Below, piece by piece: positions 29,905 through 44,888 of a DNA stretch of 64,000 nt. Both the position numbers and the translations under genes were made by a program. Numbering within the stretch: position 1 is the stretch's first letter; each line of letters begins with the position of its first letter. The stretch lies in the NCBI RefSeq assembly GCF_009914755.1, contig NC_060926.1; one strand, written 5' to 3'. The stretch comes from the human T2T-CHM13v2.0 reference genome, Homo sapiens. Below the pieces are notes generated by a model, which was not told where the DNA came from, made no database searches, and worked only from the letters and a program-made list of their open reading frames with translations.

Positions 29905-30240
29905 TCATTCATGCATTCATTCATTCATTCATTCAGGTCTCTCAAACTCCTCCTGAGTTACTGGCACTGTGCTTAAACATGGGCCACATAGATTGATGGA
30001 ATTAGACATGATCCCTGTCCTCAAGGTGTTCATAGTCTAGATCTACCTGCAGTACTAAGTGTTAAGTATGGAAGATGCACAAAACAGAGCTGCGAGAAGG
30101 GTCTGCAGTGGCCTAGAGGAGGATACTCAGGGAATATTTTCCTAAATAGCAGCATCTCTACCTGTTCTAGTACTTAGGAATTGAGAGAATGGGGAAAGCT
30201 AAATAAAGAAATAGCAAGAATATAAAGGCAGATGCCATTT
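29905..30240 (-). mobile_element. L2 3' end
   Basis: (TTCA)n tail followed by ctggcactgtgct...ccctgtcctcaagg...tagtctag. Confidence 0.7.
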
Positions 30241-33129
30241 ATGAGCATGTTACGTTAGTTTGGGGGCAACAGCTTGGGCATTTTTCCTAGTAGAATTCTT
30301 CTGTTGGATGTGATATATGATTCTAAAGTCTTAAGTGCAATTAGTTTTTCTTCTGTATGCTTTTTTTTAAAAATAAAATTTACTAGTGCAGACAAGTGTT
30401 TCATAAACATTTTTAGAGTCATAGAACTCTTTTTGCAAACAAAACATCCCAATATTTAAGACCAATAACATCAGAGATGCTGTGGTTGAGGCAGGGGTGG
30501 GAGATGCGGAACCAGTTCTGGCCTCCTCCAATCTCTGACCAAGACACCCCAGTGGGATTCCAGGGCTCACTGAGACTGCAGTTGAAACCTACATGTTGAG
30601 ATGGTGCTTCACACTTCCCAGGCTTTAAGCTAGCACCTCAGTGATCTCTCTTCACCTCCCTTTGGGCCTGTGACTGTTTCCTGCCTCCAGGAGGAGTCTG
30701 CAGTTGCTGCTTGATAGCTCTGATGGAGGCTTGTAGCAGGTGGTCTTGGAATGCTTGGGATCACCAAGCCTTGGGAGTAGTCAAGTCGTGGTTCCTTTGA
30801 TGGAAAAAAGTGGGCTATCATCTGAAAGCAGGAGTGTTGGCAGCCAAGAGGATGAGCACAGTCCGGTGGCACATTACAAATGACTCTGGCCCCATTACTC
30901 ATTAGGTCCCCCTGGAAGATGTTCTAGGGTGAACAGTCCTCATTTTCCCATCTCCATGGCTGGATAACCTCTCAGTTCATAGATCCCTGCAGACACTTCC
31001 TTTCAACATGCCAAGGCCTTTAACATCTCAAATGGGCTTTACTCTTTTCAATGTCAAGTAAGGCAAAGCAGCGAATGGTCTTTCCATTTTATAGGTGGGG
31101 AAACTGAGGCCTAGTGTAGTTGGCTCTTTCACAAAAGAATACCGAGACTCACTGTTCAGACTGTGATTGTTCTCTCACACTTTCTCATACTCCTGAGAAG
31201 TTCTTTCTGTTCTCCAGCTTTTATCCATTTCATTGATGTAAACCATTTCCTCTGTGTTTGTTTCTTCAAATTGTCCAGAAAAATGTGAAGTTGGACTTCT
31301 TTCCCTTCTTAACATTGCATAGAAGGCAGTGGAAGGCAGGGGGTCTGAATGAATGACCCACAGGAGTTGTGGTGGATTACCATCTCTGTTAAAAACAATT
31401 CTGCTTTGGTAATCTTGGCAGACGGCTGAACAGTGGACATGATGTTCTTAGAGGGAGGGTGATTTCAGTCCTGGGGGTTCTGTAATTCCCCATATCTTAA
31501 CATAGGGGTTGGACACAAGGCTTTCCTTTGGGTCTGGGCTCAGCCTTTTCTAGCAGCTTTGCCACTGGTCTGGAACCTTTTAGGGCATTCCAAACCCCCA
31601 CACCTCTCCCCCCGCCATGGGGCTGGCCTGCAGTCAAGCATCTTCACACTCTGCCGCTTCCATCTGGAACTCCCTTTCTCGATTCCTGATGTTGGCTGCC
31701 TCGGGGCCTGCTTGCTATTCTGGTGCCCAGAAGCCAACACAACTTTGCCAGCCAAAGCCATGCTGAACTGCATCAGCAGAGAAGGGTGGGCTTCCTTGGA
31801 GTCAGAATGCATGCGCAGGAGGACCCATCCATGGTACCTATGACGATTTATCAAAGAGTTCCTTAAAGAAAGTGAAGAGACGAATCACAGAAGATATTTG
31901 GAATATACATAATCCAAGAACAGTATTCTTAAGAGCATCTAAAGAATATCTCCAAGTTACCTTTGGGCCCAATAATTTTAATATTCTCTAAGGTATTGAC
32001 TCCATCTAAGACATGAGACTTTGCCTGGTTTGGAGTCAGATCCTTTCTAGAAACTCTTATTCTCCTTCAAAAAAGGTGGGAGAACCTGAACACAACATTC
32101 GGGAACCACTAACTGATGGCTTCAGGAATCCAACTAACACTCAGGAAACACAGGGGTCGAACACACCTCTGGCTTCCTCGGGACAGCTTGCATAATCTCC
32201 TCCTTCCAGGCACACCTAGCTATGAATTCAGCTGAGTTTTTAAGAAACATGAATCTGGAATACAGTGAGAGGAGTGGGTATAATGGAATAGAAGGGGAAG
32301 CAGGCCCTCCCGCTAAGGGGTACACACTCTCCAGAGGACACACACACGCAGCGCTCTTGTTCAGGCATCTCACATAAACTTGTCCAAAATGGACCAAATG
32401 GCTCTTTCTTCTTCAGGCAACTCCCTTTTCTAACTTCTGGGCCTCCAGTGTTGTTGGCATATTTTGCTTGCTTTCCTGACGCAAACCAAGAGGCATCTGT
32501 GATTCCTCTCCCCTTTTATCCGCTGCATCTGAGCAGTGGGTGGACTCCACCACCCTCCCTCTTTTGTGGATGCCCCTCCCACTGGCTCCTCCTTCTCCCA
32601 CTGGTTGCCTCTTGTCTGGGGAGCGGGGAGGCCTTTAGCATTCCATTCCATAAAGCTCTGATCTTACGGTGTCAAAGCTGACAATGAATACCATTTCAAA
32701 TGAAATCATGGCCACCTGCCTCTGCCTGGCTTTCCAGTGTCCCCACGCCATGACGCTGGCCCTTCCCTGTCACATCATCCCCACCTTTTAGGGTCAGTCT
32801 TTTCTGATCTTCCTATGCTCCCACAAGCATGGGAATCTATTTCTCCCTCCACACCTGAGCCTGAAGTGCCAGCCTCCCCACCCTTCACGGCCATCTCTGT
32901 GCAGCCTTCCTGATAGGCTTCCCAGAAGCCCTGCTGATAGGGGCTATCTCCTTTATGCCCTGACTGTTTCCGTGTTGACTATTTCCAACCTAGCACCAAT
33001 TCTGCAGTTTATTATATACTGCTAAATGTTATCTTTCCACAGGTTGTGATCTTTTTGATGGTAAGGGTCTGGTAATGCCTGTTTGCAGCCTCTCTTAACT
33101 GCACACAATGCAAGGATGTGCGTATGGGA

Positions 33130-33330
33130 GAAATTAACATTTGTTGAGAGCTTTAAGACTTTATCTCATTGAATTCTTTCAACCCTAAGAGTTGGATATT
33201 TTTTGTCTCTATTTTATAGATGAGGAAACTGAAGCTTGGAGAAATAGTTTTGCATACACAGCCACTAAGTCGCTGAGTTAGGATTTGAAAGTAGGGCTGC
33301 TTATGGTGAAGCATCTTTCACTATTCCATG
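33130..33330 (-). mobile_element. MIR
   Basis: atttttatagatgaggaaactgaagc core. Confidence 0.75.
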
Positions 33331-33913
33331 CCTCTATTCCAAAGTGGGGTGTAGGCTGCTCATAAATTGCATTGAATCAGAAAAAAAATTAGACACACAA
33401 AGCTGATATATGTTTAATATCATTGCTAGCACTGAACTCATACATGTTTTTTTATATCACAACCTGAAAGCTTAAATCTCAGACCGATCTACTCTAACAC
33501 TCTTTTTTCTTTTTTAAAGAAGCTAAGAGCAAGTTTTAAGATTGATGTCTCTTTGAAAATGTCTTATTTATTTTTCTGCAAGCGTGGTTCATCTAAAAAT
33601 TTTGCTTGGTAGGAAGAGGCCTAGGGGTGTGTGTGTTGTCTTTGAACTGGGTGACCAGGGAGGAGGTTGTGATAGCTGGTAATATGTCTCTTTCAAGGCT
33701 GGTGCTGCAGCAGAAAATGTTCCTGCCCATACATAGGATTAGATTGTAATCAAAGGAACAGGGTCATGAAACAAACTTTTGAAATGGAACTCAGATGTTG
33801 TAAATACATATACCTTGGCCAGGCTCCCAGACGTGAGAACCTCCCCCATGATCCCAAAGAAAAATATTCCATTGTATTAGATTACATTAGACGAGAGAGA
33901 AATAGAACACTCA

Positions 33914-34518
<605 letters not shown>

Positions 34519-34707
34519 CTAGTAAGTGGTTGGAAAATAATGGTTGGATACATCTTGAATCATCAGAACTGGAAGGGAAAGTGACTTTTGTCTTAAGCAC
34601 TAACTCTCGCCCGAATCTTTTTTCATACCCTAGTGAGGTGAATACACAGCCTGGTGGTTTGGGATTTCAGCTGAATTAAAGCCGCTTGGCCTGTGCTTTC
34701 TGCTTAC

Positions 34708-34795
34708 CATGGTGGAACTTGCTGACTAATAGTCCAAGTCCTGGACTCCTCCTGGCTGGTGCCTATGTACTCTGGCTGATTCCTTGGTCCTTCCA
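34708..34795 (-). other. Candidate exon (88 nt) ending in CCACCATG
   Basis: Minus strand ctctcttcctcctgcag|TGGAAGG...TTCCACCATG|gtaagc. Confidence 0.45.
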
Positions 34796-34902
34796 CTGCA
34801 GGAGGAAGAGAGACGATGTCGTTGACTAATCTCATCTCAGTCACTTCTGGTTCCCTGACTGTGATTCCCAAGAGTCCTTAGTCTAGAAAACAAAGGTTTC
34901 TA

Positions 34903-35374
<472 letters not shown>

Positions 35375-35899
35375 CTAGGTCTGTCTAGCAGTCCTGTTTC
35401 TCTCTGTTCTGGCCTCAGGATATCTCATGGGTACACAAACCATAGCCCTTTTGGGGCTTGGGAAGAGGGGCAGGTGGGGGATCGGGACATGGGTAAGAGT
35501 GAGTCTTTGTGATCTGCCTTTGTTAAGGCTGATGGCCAAAAGGGCAGACACTTGTCGCAGTTTTCTCCTGGGCTCAGACAGTGGGTCAATGTGCCCCATA
35601 CAGTGACTGCTTAGATAAAAGTGCCTCAGGACCCTGAAAGAAAGCCTGTCTCCAGGAGGCTACAGTGAAAACAGAACAGGCTGTGTAGTCACACATTCCT
35701 GGGTTCAAATTCCAAGTTAGTCACTCAGTATTGTGATCTGGTAGTTCCTCTGAGCCTATATATTCCTTCCTAGGGTGGTTTTAGCAATTGAATAAGAGAG
35801 GTGCCTGATGTATACTCAGCACTTAAACAAATGCTAGTTCTATCTTCCTGGTTTTAGGTTCCATGCAGTGCAGAGAGCAGGAGCCCCTGGTTCATTTCC

Positions 35900-36285
35900 T
35901 ACTTCTCTTCCCTTGCTCACTTGTTCCAGTCTCAAATACAAATGCGCTCCCACTAGGGCGCTGAGTCTTGATGTGCCCTTGGCTGGGATCTTACTGCCAC
36001 GGTGTCTCCTCGGTTTCCTTTACCCCACTCAGGCCTCTGCGTAGACATCACCGCCTCAGAGACTCTCCCAGACCAGTGTGTCCAGGGCGGCCTCCCTGTC
36101 TTCCATCCTCTCCCCACTCTGTTTTTCTTGAGAGAATTTATTACCCCTGACATCATATTGCCTCTTCCATTAGCACATCAGTTTCACAGAGGCAGGGATT
36201 TTGTTTGTTTGTTTTTCTCTTTTTTCCAAGTGTCTATAACAGTCTTAGGTACGTAGTTGGTATTCAATAAACATTTGTTAAAAGA
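35900..36285 (+). mobile_element. L2 3' end
   Basis: ggcagggattttgtttg...gtagttggtattcaataaacatttgtt terminus. Confidence 0.7.
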
Positions 36286-37687
36286 TCATACACCGGGACC
36301 ACTGGGAGGGTGAATTCTGTTTGCTGGTGGAAAAGGATGAGGGGCACAGGTCCCTGCTGCCTGCAGGGACATGTTTTGGCCATTCGGCCCCAAGCAGAAT
36401 TTCAGCCTTCACTTGTGCCTTTGCCTGGGCACCCTGATGCTTGTCCATCTGTTTGGGGTGACCCTGGAAAGGCGTGCTCTATGGCTGTAGGAGAACCCTA
36501 ATGCTCCAGGCTCTCCTGCCCAGATCCCTGGATTCAGGGGCCATCTGGTCTCAAAACTCAAATGCTATAGCAAAACCCCCACACTGGGCTGTGCTTTTTA
36601 TCCTGGGCTTGGGGCATAGTGGGTGGTATGGGGCACAGGACACCGTGACTTCCCGGATCATCCTTTTTACTTAATGGTAATTCACTTGAAGCATCATTGT
36701 TACAGAAAATCAACCTCGAATATATCACACCATAGAAAGCATGGTTCCCATCCTTTACAGAAGGTGACACTGAGGACTTTGGAGAAGTTTCACCTTTGGT
36801 GGGGTGGGTGAGAGGTGTTGAGCTCTGGAACAGGACCCAGTGTACCTTGGCTTCACAGATCTGCCCTGCTGAGCTGTGGCTTCTTTGCAGGAAATGTTTA
36901 GATGCCCTATTAGGGTTTTGTGGGTGGAGGTGTTGGACTGGAAACATTTTCTCATCAAATATGAGCTCCCCTGTGTGTAAGAGCCTCGCTCACAGTAGAA
37001 GCTCCATGGCTAGTAGGGAAAGAATGCACCCTAGGAGATGGGCTGGTGGAGGGAACACCTGACTTCGAGTTGGGAGAACTGGGTTCTAGTCCCATCTTTT
37101 CTGAGACAGCCACTTCCCTGCGCTGAGCCTCCTACCCCTCCATGGCTGGACTCCATCTGTGAGGTCCCCTCTCAGGAGTTTATGGGCCTTAAAGTCCCAG
37201 GAGAAGACCAGTCCTGGCAGAGCTGCACACTGGCCAGACAAAGCATGACTAGCTCCCACCTCTGCTTCATCAGTCCCATGGAGAGAAAGTGGCCAATTCT
37301 CTTGCCAGAAACACCTGAGTGCTCCCTGACATCATTTGGCGTTTATAGCTGGCTCTGAGGAGTGGCAGGATGTTCCATTTGCTCACAAAGGCCCTGGGGA
37401 CCTGTGGGAACTGGAGGTTGTTCAGGGTTGTTAAGGACAGAACAGGTGGAAGGAGAAGAGCCCAGAGGCTGAAGGGAGCCATGCTGTGGGGGCTGGCCAG
37501 GTGGGCCAGAGAGGAACTGGGCTTCTCCTCCCAGTCCCTGCCATAGCAGGCAGTTTTATATGGATGTGGTGCGATGTTGCTCACGCCTCAAACTTCTCAT
37601 CCCATCTGTCCTTCCTGAGCACCACAATGTTGTAAACGGTTTGGACTGGAGCAGCCCCCCAAGAATTGATCTTGTGTGTCCCCCTCT

Positions 37688-38168
37688 GTGGCAGTTTTAA
37701 AATGTGGCCCCCAAATTCTTTGACCCTCCTTCCATCAAGAATTGGGATCTGTCTTCCCTTGCCCAGAATCTGGCCTTGTGACTACTTGACAAATGAATGC
37801 AGTGCTGTGCCAACTTCTGGGCCCAGGCCTTCAGACGCTGGCAGCTCTCACTTCCTGTCTCTTGGGACACTTACTCTTGGAACCCAGCCACTGTGCCCAC
37901 AAGAAGCCAAAGCAGCCCTTGGGGAGGAGAGGCCCACGTGGAAAGGAGCCCACGGCCCTGGCTGTGCTCCCAGCTGATTAGCACCAGTGTGCCAGGCCTG
38001 GGGGCCGCTGTCCTGGGCACCCCCAGTCACGTCGTCCCATCTGACAGCACATGGAGCAGAGGTGAGCTGCCCCACCAAGCCCTCCCCAGGCTGCAGATGC
38101 AAGAATGACCACTGCCCCATAAGCCACCATGTCTCAGGGTGGTTTGTTATTTGCAATAGAAAACGGGC
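37688..38168 (+). mobile_element. MLT1H-like MaLR solo LTR
   Basis: tgtggcagttttaaaatgtggcccccaaattctttga ... ggtttgttatttgcaataga. Confidence 0.8.
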
Positions 38169-38619
38169 CCACCTGGCTCTGGCGAGCAAGCCCTTCAGCC
38201 TCCAGATGGTTGCATATATTTTTCTTAAAATAGCACCTATCCCAGCCATCCTGTAGACTCTTCTTTCTTTGGCAAAAGACTCTCAGCCCATCTCTCTAAA
38301 TGAAGATGGTGATTAGCAGGAATTTTATTCCTAGAAGCCCACTCGCCACTTTTCTCATTTCATTTCTCCTCACAATCCTCTCCTCCTATTTTCGTGTATT
38401 TTCTCTTCCAATGGACACCTTCATCTCAGCCTCAGCTCCTGCAACCCCACCAAGGGACTTCACTGCGTGTCTTAGTGGAATCTCAGAGTGCGCATGTGCA
38501 TGTGTGTGCGTGTGCATAGGTGTGTACAGGGCATAGTGTTGCAAACATTGCAGCTGGTAGTCAAGCAGCTGAAGGTTTCAATTGCTGACATTTTTTTTGT
38601 GGGTCAGTTGGAGACTAAT

Positions 38620-39300
38620 CATTCCTCTTTTAAGATATTTTAAAACTAAAATCCACTTTTTCGTGTTATATAATTTTGTGTTTTTCAAATTTTCTACAAT
38701 GGACATGAATTGCTTTTGTAATGAGGAAAATAAAACTCACTTCCAATGCCAACAGTGACAGTTGACCAGAACTCACATCCTGGCAAATTTCTTTCCAGGC
38801 TTTTGTCTATACTCAGACATCTGTTGGGTGTTTGAGATCATCCCATAAATACAGTTCTGGGTCTTGACTTTTCACTGTGCTATGTATTTCAAGAATCTCT
38901 CTCAACAAATACTTTCTCAAACCTGATTTTTAATGGCTTTACAGTGCCCTGTCATACGTAGTGTTCTTTATAATGTTCTACCATAAATAAATAATTCTTT
39001 TAATTCATTTAGCAAAATGTATGTGACATTTAGATTGTGATATATGTGTGTGTGTATATATATATTCACACACGTGTTAGTGTGCATATATATGTATGTG
39101 TGTCACAGCTTTGTATATAAACTTCTAAATCTTTGAACCTTGAAATTCTTGAATGTTTTCACCTTGATTCCTAGAAGTCAAAGTTCCAGGTTAAACCCTA
39201 CGAACTTCTGGGAGGTTCTTGATATACAGTACAAGACGGTAGAAGCCATCCCTTCTGAAATATCTACCTGGCTGCAGGAACCATCTCCTTATTGCCTGGG
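38620..39300. mobile_element. Degraded L1M fragments
   Basis: AT-rich; ttttctacaatggacatgaattgcttttgtaat and ttcctagaagtcaaagttccagg. Confidence 0.5.
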
Positions 39301-39499
39301 TATCTCTCGCCCTTTTATTCCTAGGAAAGGGCCAAGGGTTGGGAAGTTCAAGGGAAGATAAAACCAGGTGAAGATACGGGAGAAAGTATGTAGATGGAAG
39401 AAAAAAACTCCTAAACTTAGTTTATAACCTTTGAATGGCTCAGGAGACAGTTTTTGTTTCCTAACCTAATAAGATGAAGGAAGAGAACCAGCAATAGTC

Positions 39500-39700
39500 A
39501 CATGGGTAGATGCCTTCCATATATGACTTCACTCAACAGGGCCCCTGAGTTATTATTATCCCTGTTCTATTGACAAGGAAACTTTGGGCTCTGAGAGGTT
39601 AAATAACCTGCCCAGGGTCTGATAGCTGGGAAGGATGGAGCCTGGGTGTGGACCCAGGACTGTCTGGCTTCAGAGCCAGCAAAACACACTCCGGCCTGGC
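39500..39700 (-). mobile_element. MIR
   Basis: gagaggttaaataacctgcccagggtc. Confidence 0.75.
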
Positions 39701-40946
39701 CCTGCATTTCCACTGCAGTGTAGGGGAAAGTGAGTGGGCCCTGTCTCGCCCTTATTCTTTCTGCCTCCCTGTTTGCTCTTTCTCCATTTGAATAGGAGGG
39801 ATGACATGAAGACAAGGAGCCCTTTCCCAGCTGTCACACAATGTGGGACATCATACCCCAGAAGTTATTGAACCTTTCTTTCTCTGCAAATGTCTGAATC
39901 TGAGTGAAGCCTCCTACATCCCTCAACCCTGCTTGGATGACCTTTGGCAACCCTGCTGGGCAGAGGATTCGAGGGTTGCCGGGGAGTCCTCTGTGCTGCT
40001 CTGACCTGCATTCTTCCAGCACGTGTTGTCTAGGGCCATAAGCTCCCAGCCTGTGTGACGAGGGGAGGGAGTGCGGCAGATCAAGCAGTATTAATAATGT
40101 GGCCACTGGATGCTAGGCCTGTCCTCAGAGTCTATGACAGGAGTAGTGCGCAGAGGGCAGCCGAGGGCAGAGGGATGTGCATGCCACTCTGAACCCTGTG
40201 TTTAAACCCTAGCATGCCACAGGAGGATTGCTCCTTAATCAGAGCTTTGTCCAAACCCTCACTCTCCTAGCCACTAAATTGCATCTCTTACCCCATCAGA
40301 TTTCCTTTGCAAAATTTGTCCTCTGGGGAGCCACCCCAGATGGACCCCATGTGGCTCTATTTAGATGTCTCATTCCGTTTGGGGAGCTTCATCTGGAGGT
40401 GACATTCAAGCTATTTAAAAACAGTAAGAATGAATCTAGTCCTAGACCAGTCTTAACAGACAGCTCTGAAGGCAGGAGCTGGCTCCCAGAGGCCCTCTGC
40501 TGGGGCAAGTGTTAACCCTTTCATTGCTGGACTCAGGGAGGTCTGAACATGCCAGGAGAGAAGGGCAGTAGTGGGGCTCATGGTAGTGGCTGTTTCCCAA
40601 GGGACACAGAAGTTTTTCAATATTTTAATAATTGGTATGGCTGTACCAGTGCATACAGATTTGGCTGAGGGAAAAAAATGGAGACTTGCCCATGGTTTCT
40701 TAGGGTCATTCCAAGTGTGTCTTTCCTGACCCCTCTGTAGACGTGGCAACAGGTCCTTCTTCCTCTGCATGTCCATTACAGAGCCTAATATCGGTTTCTG
40801 GATTCAGGTAACTTCCACGTTCTAGCTCATCAGGGATGAGCCTCATGTGACCCAAAGCCCGTTCCCAATTCCACAAATGAGGGGTCCTCCATCTTCAGTT
40901 CCCCCCATGGCAATACGTACCTCCTGATGTTTCTCTTGTAGCAGGC

Positions 40947-41005
40947 AGCCAATCAAAGGTGGCTGAAAAAAAATGATTGGCTTTTTGTATGGGTTAAATT
41001 TGCAT
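40947..41005. promoter_or_regulatory. Inverted CCAAT-box pair plus octamer
   Basis: AGCCAATCA 40947-40955, TGATTGGCT 40974-40982, ATTTGCAT 40998-41005. Confidence 0.4.
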
Positions 41006-41901
41006 AAAATTCCATTAGAGAATTGCCATTCTCATAGACAGTGTGGTCAACAACACAGTTTCTTTCTCCAGTGGTTTGACCATTCTTCTCCTTGACAGTG
41101 GCAAGACACTGGCCTGATAGACCAGGAGCTACTCCACCACCAGCAGCTACAAGGCCTTGGGTGAGAATTTCCCTCTCTGAGCTTTGCTTTCCTTCTCTGT
41201 AAAACAAGGTCTTGAAAGAGCCAATCCCTCAACCCCTGTTCAGTTTCTGAAATGATTTAATCCAGTGGTTCCCTTCCATTGCTGCAGTGATGTTAAGAAA
41301 GTTGGCTGGAGAGCCAGGTAGGCTGGCTTCCAATGCTAGTTCAGCCACTCTCTAGCTTTGGGCATAATAATAGGATTCTAGTGAAGGTTAAATAAGTTCA
41401 CACAGGTAAAGTGTTTAGAACACTTGGCCCTTAGTAAACCCTCAATGAATATTACCTATTGTTGCTGCCTCTGGTTATCCGTAGGTTTTGTGAAGGCTGG
41501 AATCTTACCTGTATTAAGTGATACCATATTCTAATCCTTAGTTGAGTAGCCCATGAGCAGGCTCCCATCAGGGTCTCTATCCTGTATTAGAAGGAACAGA
41601 ACTGACGTGCACTGAGGTTTCGCTCTGGGTCAGACCTTGTACCAGACACTGAACATGTACCATCTCACCGAATCCTCCTAACAATGGCAAAAGCCAACAC
41701 CTATTCTTCTCTTGTTCTACTCCTACGGAAAGGGATGGAGGCTCACTAAGATGAAAGCCACATGGCTAATAATTAGTGGATTACGGATTCAGACTAAGGT
41801 CTTTGGGGCCCCAAAGCCTATGCCAGGGTGAACAAAATGAATTCCTCTGGAATGACAATTCATTATCAGCCCAGGCTCTTCCCAGGATAGAAAGCTGATA
41901 C

Positions 41902-42043
41902 CTGCATTTGTTGAAGGAAGCCATCCTGTGGGTCAGCGCGGGGAGCATTTCCCCTGAAGCCTTCTCCCTCTTCTTTCAAGGCAGGCTTAAGGATCCAAAC
42001 AACTAAGGAAGATGAAAGAACCTTGTTGATGAAGTCCTCTATC
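41902..42043 (-). other. Candidate exon (142 nt)
   Basis: Minus strand cttcttcttcccag|GATAGAGG...AATGCAG|gtatca. Confidence 0.35.
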
Positions 42044-42424
42044 CTGGGAAGAAGAAGTTTCAAAAATAAAATAAAAAATGAAGAATGGGGTGGCGGGGGG
42101 CCATTGCTGGGGGAGAGAACAATCCTTGACAAATATCTTCTGTTAATAAATTCCATTTTGCCTTTAAAATATTTGCCAACTATCTAAGCAGGAAAAAATT
42201 TTCACATACCAGGTCAAACCATTGCTGAAATGCCTCTGTAGTCTGCCTGCCCACAGCCCCTGTTTCCATAATCTCCCAGGAGGCAGCCTCTTGTGGACTC
42301 CCGTGGTCTTCCCCCAGGAAGACTGACCTTTTGCATGAAGGGGATTCAGGGGGATTTAGGCAAGCTCTCCTCCTAGGCCCAGGAGAAGGTGTTCTAGTGG
42401 CCCTGCAGGTCTTTCTGTGTACCC

Positions 42425-42693
42425 ATCTTCCTCTTCCTTTCCCCTTCCCCTCCCCTCTCTTCCCCATCCCCTTCCCCTCCCCTCTCTTCCCCATCCCCTT
42501 CCCCTCCCCTCTCTTCCCCATCACCTTCCCCTCCCCTCTCTTCCCCATCCCTTTCGCCTCCCTTCCCATTCCCCTTCCCCTTCCTTCTCCCTTCCCCCTC
42601 CCCTCCCCCTCCCCTCTCCTCCCTCTGTCCTCCCCCTCCCCTCCCCTCCCCTCCCCCTCCCTCCCCCTCCCCTCTCCTCCCTTCTCTCCATCT
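42425..42693. repeat. C-rich minisatellite, 27-bp unit cccttcccctcccctctcttccccatc, about 4 copies, decaying into (CCCCT)n
   Basis: Direct reading; 9-aa periodicity in the overlapping ORFs. Confidence 0.95.
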
Positions 42694-43439
42694 CACTGAA
42701 CCAGGGGGTAGGAAACTTTTCTCATCTCTCTTCTGCTTCCCTCCCACGTTCATCCACCTCTTCTCAGTCAAGAATAACTCTTTCCTTCTCTCAAACTTGC
42801 TTGGTTTTGTTGGCTTGGGAGAAAAGAGTTTCTCCAACCCTTAGTTTTCCTGCACTTCCAGCCCTCTGCCTTCATGGATGAATAAATTCAACACATTTTC
42901 TGCAGCGGCTACTGGGGCAGCTTCCATTTTGAAAAAGTGTATCAGGCCTCAATATTAGATTTGGAGACAATTCCAGTTTGTCCCAAGGACTTGTTCATTT
43001 TGTTTTATTGAATTTGCTTAGGGATATGACCTTTTAAAGGTCCTGTGGGTAGATTTATGCCAAAACATACACCATTCAGGGACTCATGAAACCATCTGGG
43101 GAATATCTGGATGAAAAAGAAAGGCATTTGTTAACATTGTTCTGCCAAGGTGGAGAGCAAATGGAGATCTAGTTAAAACTAAAATACGGCCAGAGAGTTG
43201 ATTATCTTTTCCCCTAGATGGACCATCGTTCTATCTCCAGCTCAACTTTTCCCTTCCTGGAATAGAGAGAGGCTGACTTCCACTACATGGTCATCCAGCC
43301 CACCCAGGAGAGTGCATCCAGTAAGGCTGCTTGTTTCAGAAAGAAGCACACTTGCTCTCCTATGCCTGGACCCTGGGCCAGAGTTACTCTTATTTTTCCC
43401 CCGGTGTACTTTGGAGACATTTTGAGAGCCTGATTATTT

Positions 43440-43595
43440 TTTAATTTCTTTTAACTTTTCTTTTTTTCTTTTTTCTAATAGAAACAGGATTTTGCTATGT
43501 TGCCTGGGCTGGTCTCCAACTCCTAGGCTCAAGCGAAACTCCCTCCTCTGTCTCACAAAGTGCTGGAATTCTAGGCATGAGCCACCGGGCCTGGA
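43440..43595 (-). mobile_element. Alu left monomer (FLAM/AluJ fragment)
   Basis: Single arm with T-rich tail. Confidence 0.8.
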
Positions 43596-43740
43596 CTAAG
43601 CCTGATGATTTCTTATTCTATGAGGTCATATAATGGGAGCCTTTGGGTGAGCAAGACTTCTCTGGGGTCAGAATACCCAGAGCCCAGCCCCTATTCAAGT
43701 TAACCCTTCTTTCCTTTTTCTCTTCCTTCAACAACTGTTT

Positions 43741-44067
<327 letters not shown>

Positions 44068-44267
44068 CTATGTTCCCTGCATGGTGCTAGATGCCAAGGA
44101 TGCAATGATAAATAAGAAAGTTAGATTCTTGCCTCAATGGAACATGCTGTCTGGTGAAAGAGGTAGAAGCAAAGCACCAAGTTGGTGTAGTGTGGCAAGT
44201 GCAGCAAGAGCCATCTGAAAACTTTCTGATATCACGTTTTGTCCTTTGCCATTAAAAGCTTCATTTT

Positions 44268-44573
<306 letters not shown>

Positions 44574-44576
44574 TCA

Positions 44577-44888
<312 letters not shown>

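Noticed and set aside
35944-35963. CTCF-like cccactagggcgctg
   Set aside because: Two bases short of the core spacing and located within a degraded L2
42180-42881. Overlapping Pro-rich and Gly/Glu-rich ORFs of 120-154 aa
   Set aside because: Products of the stop-free C-rich minisatellite
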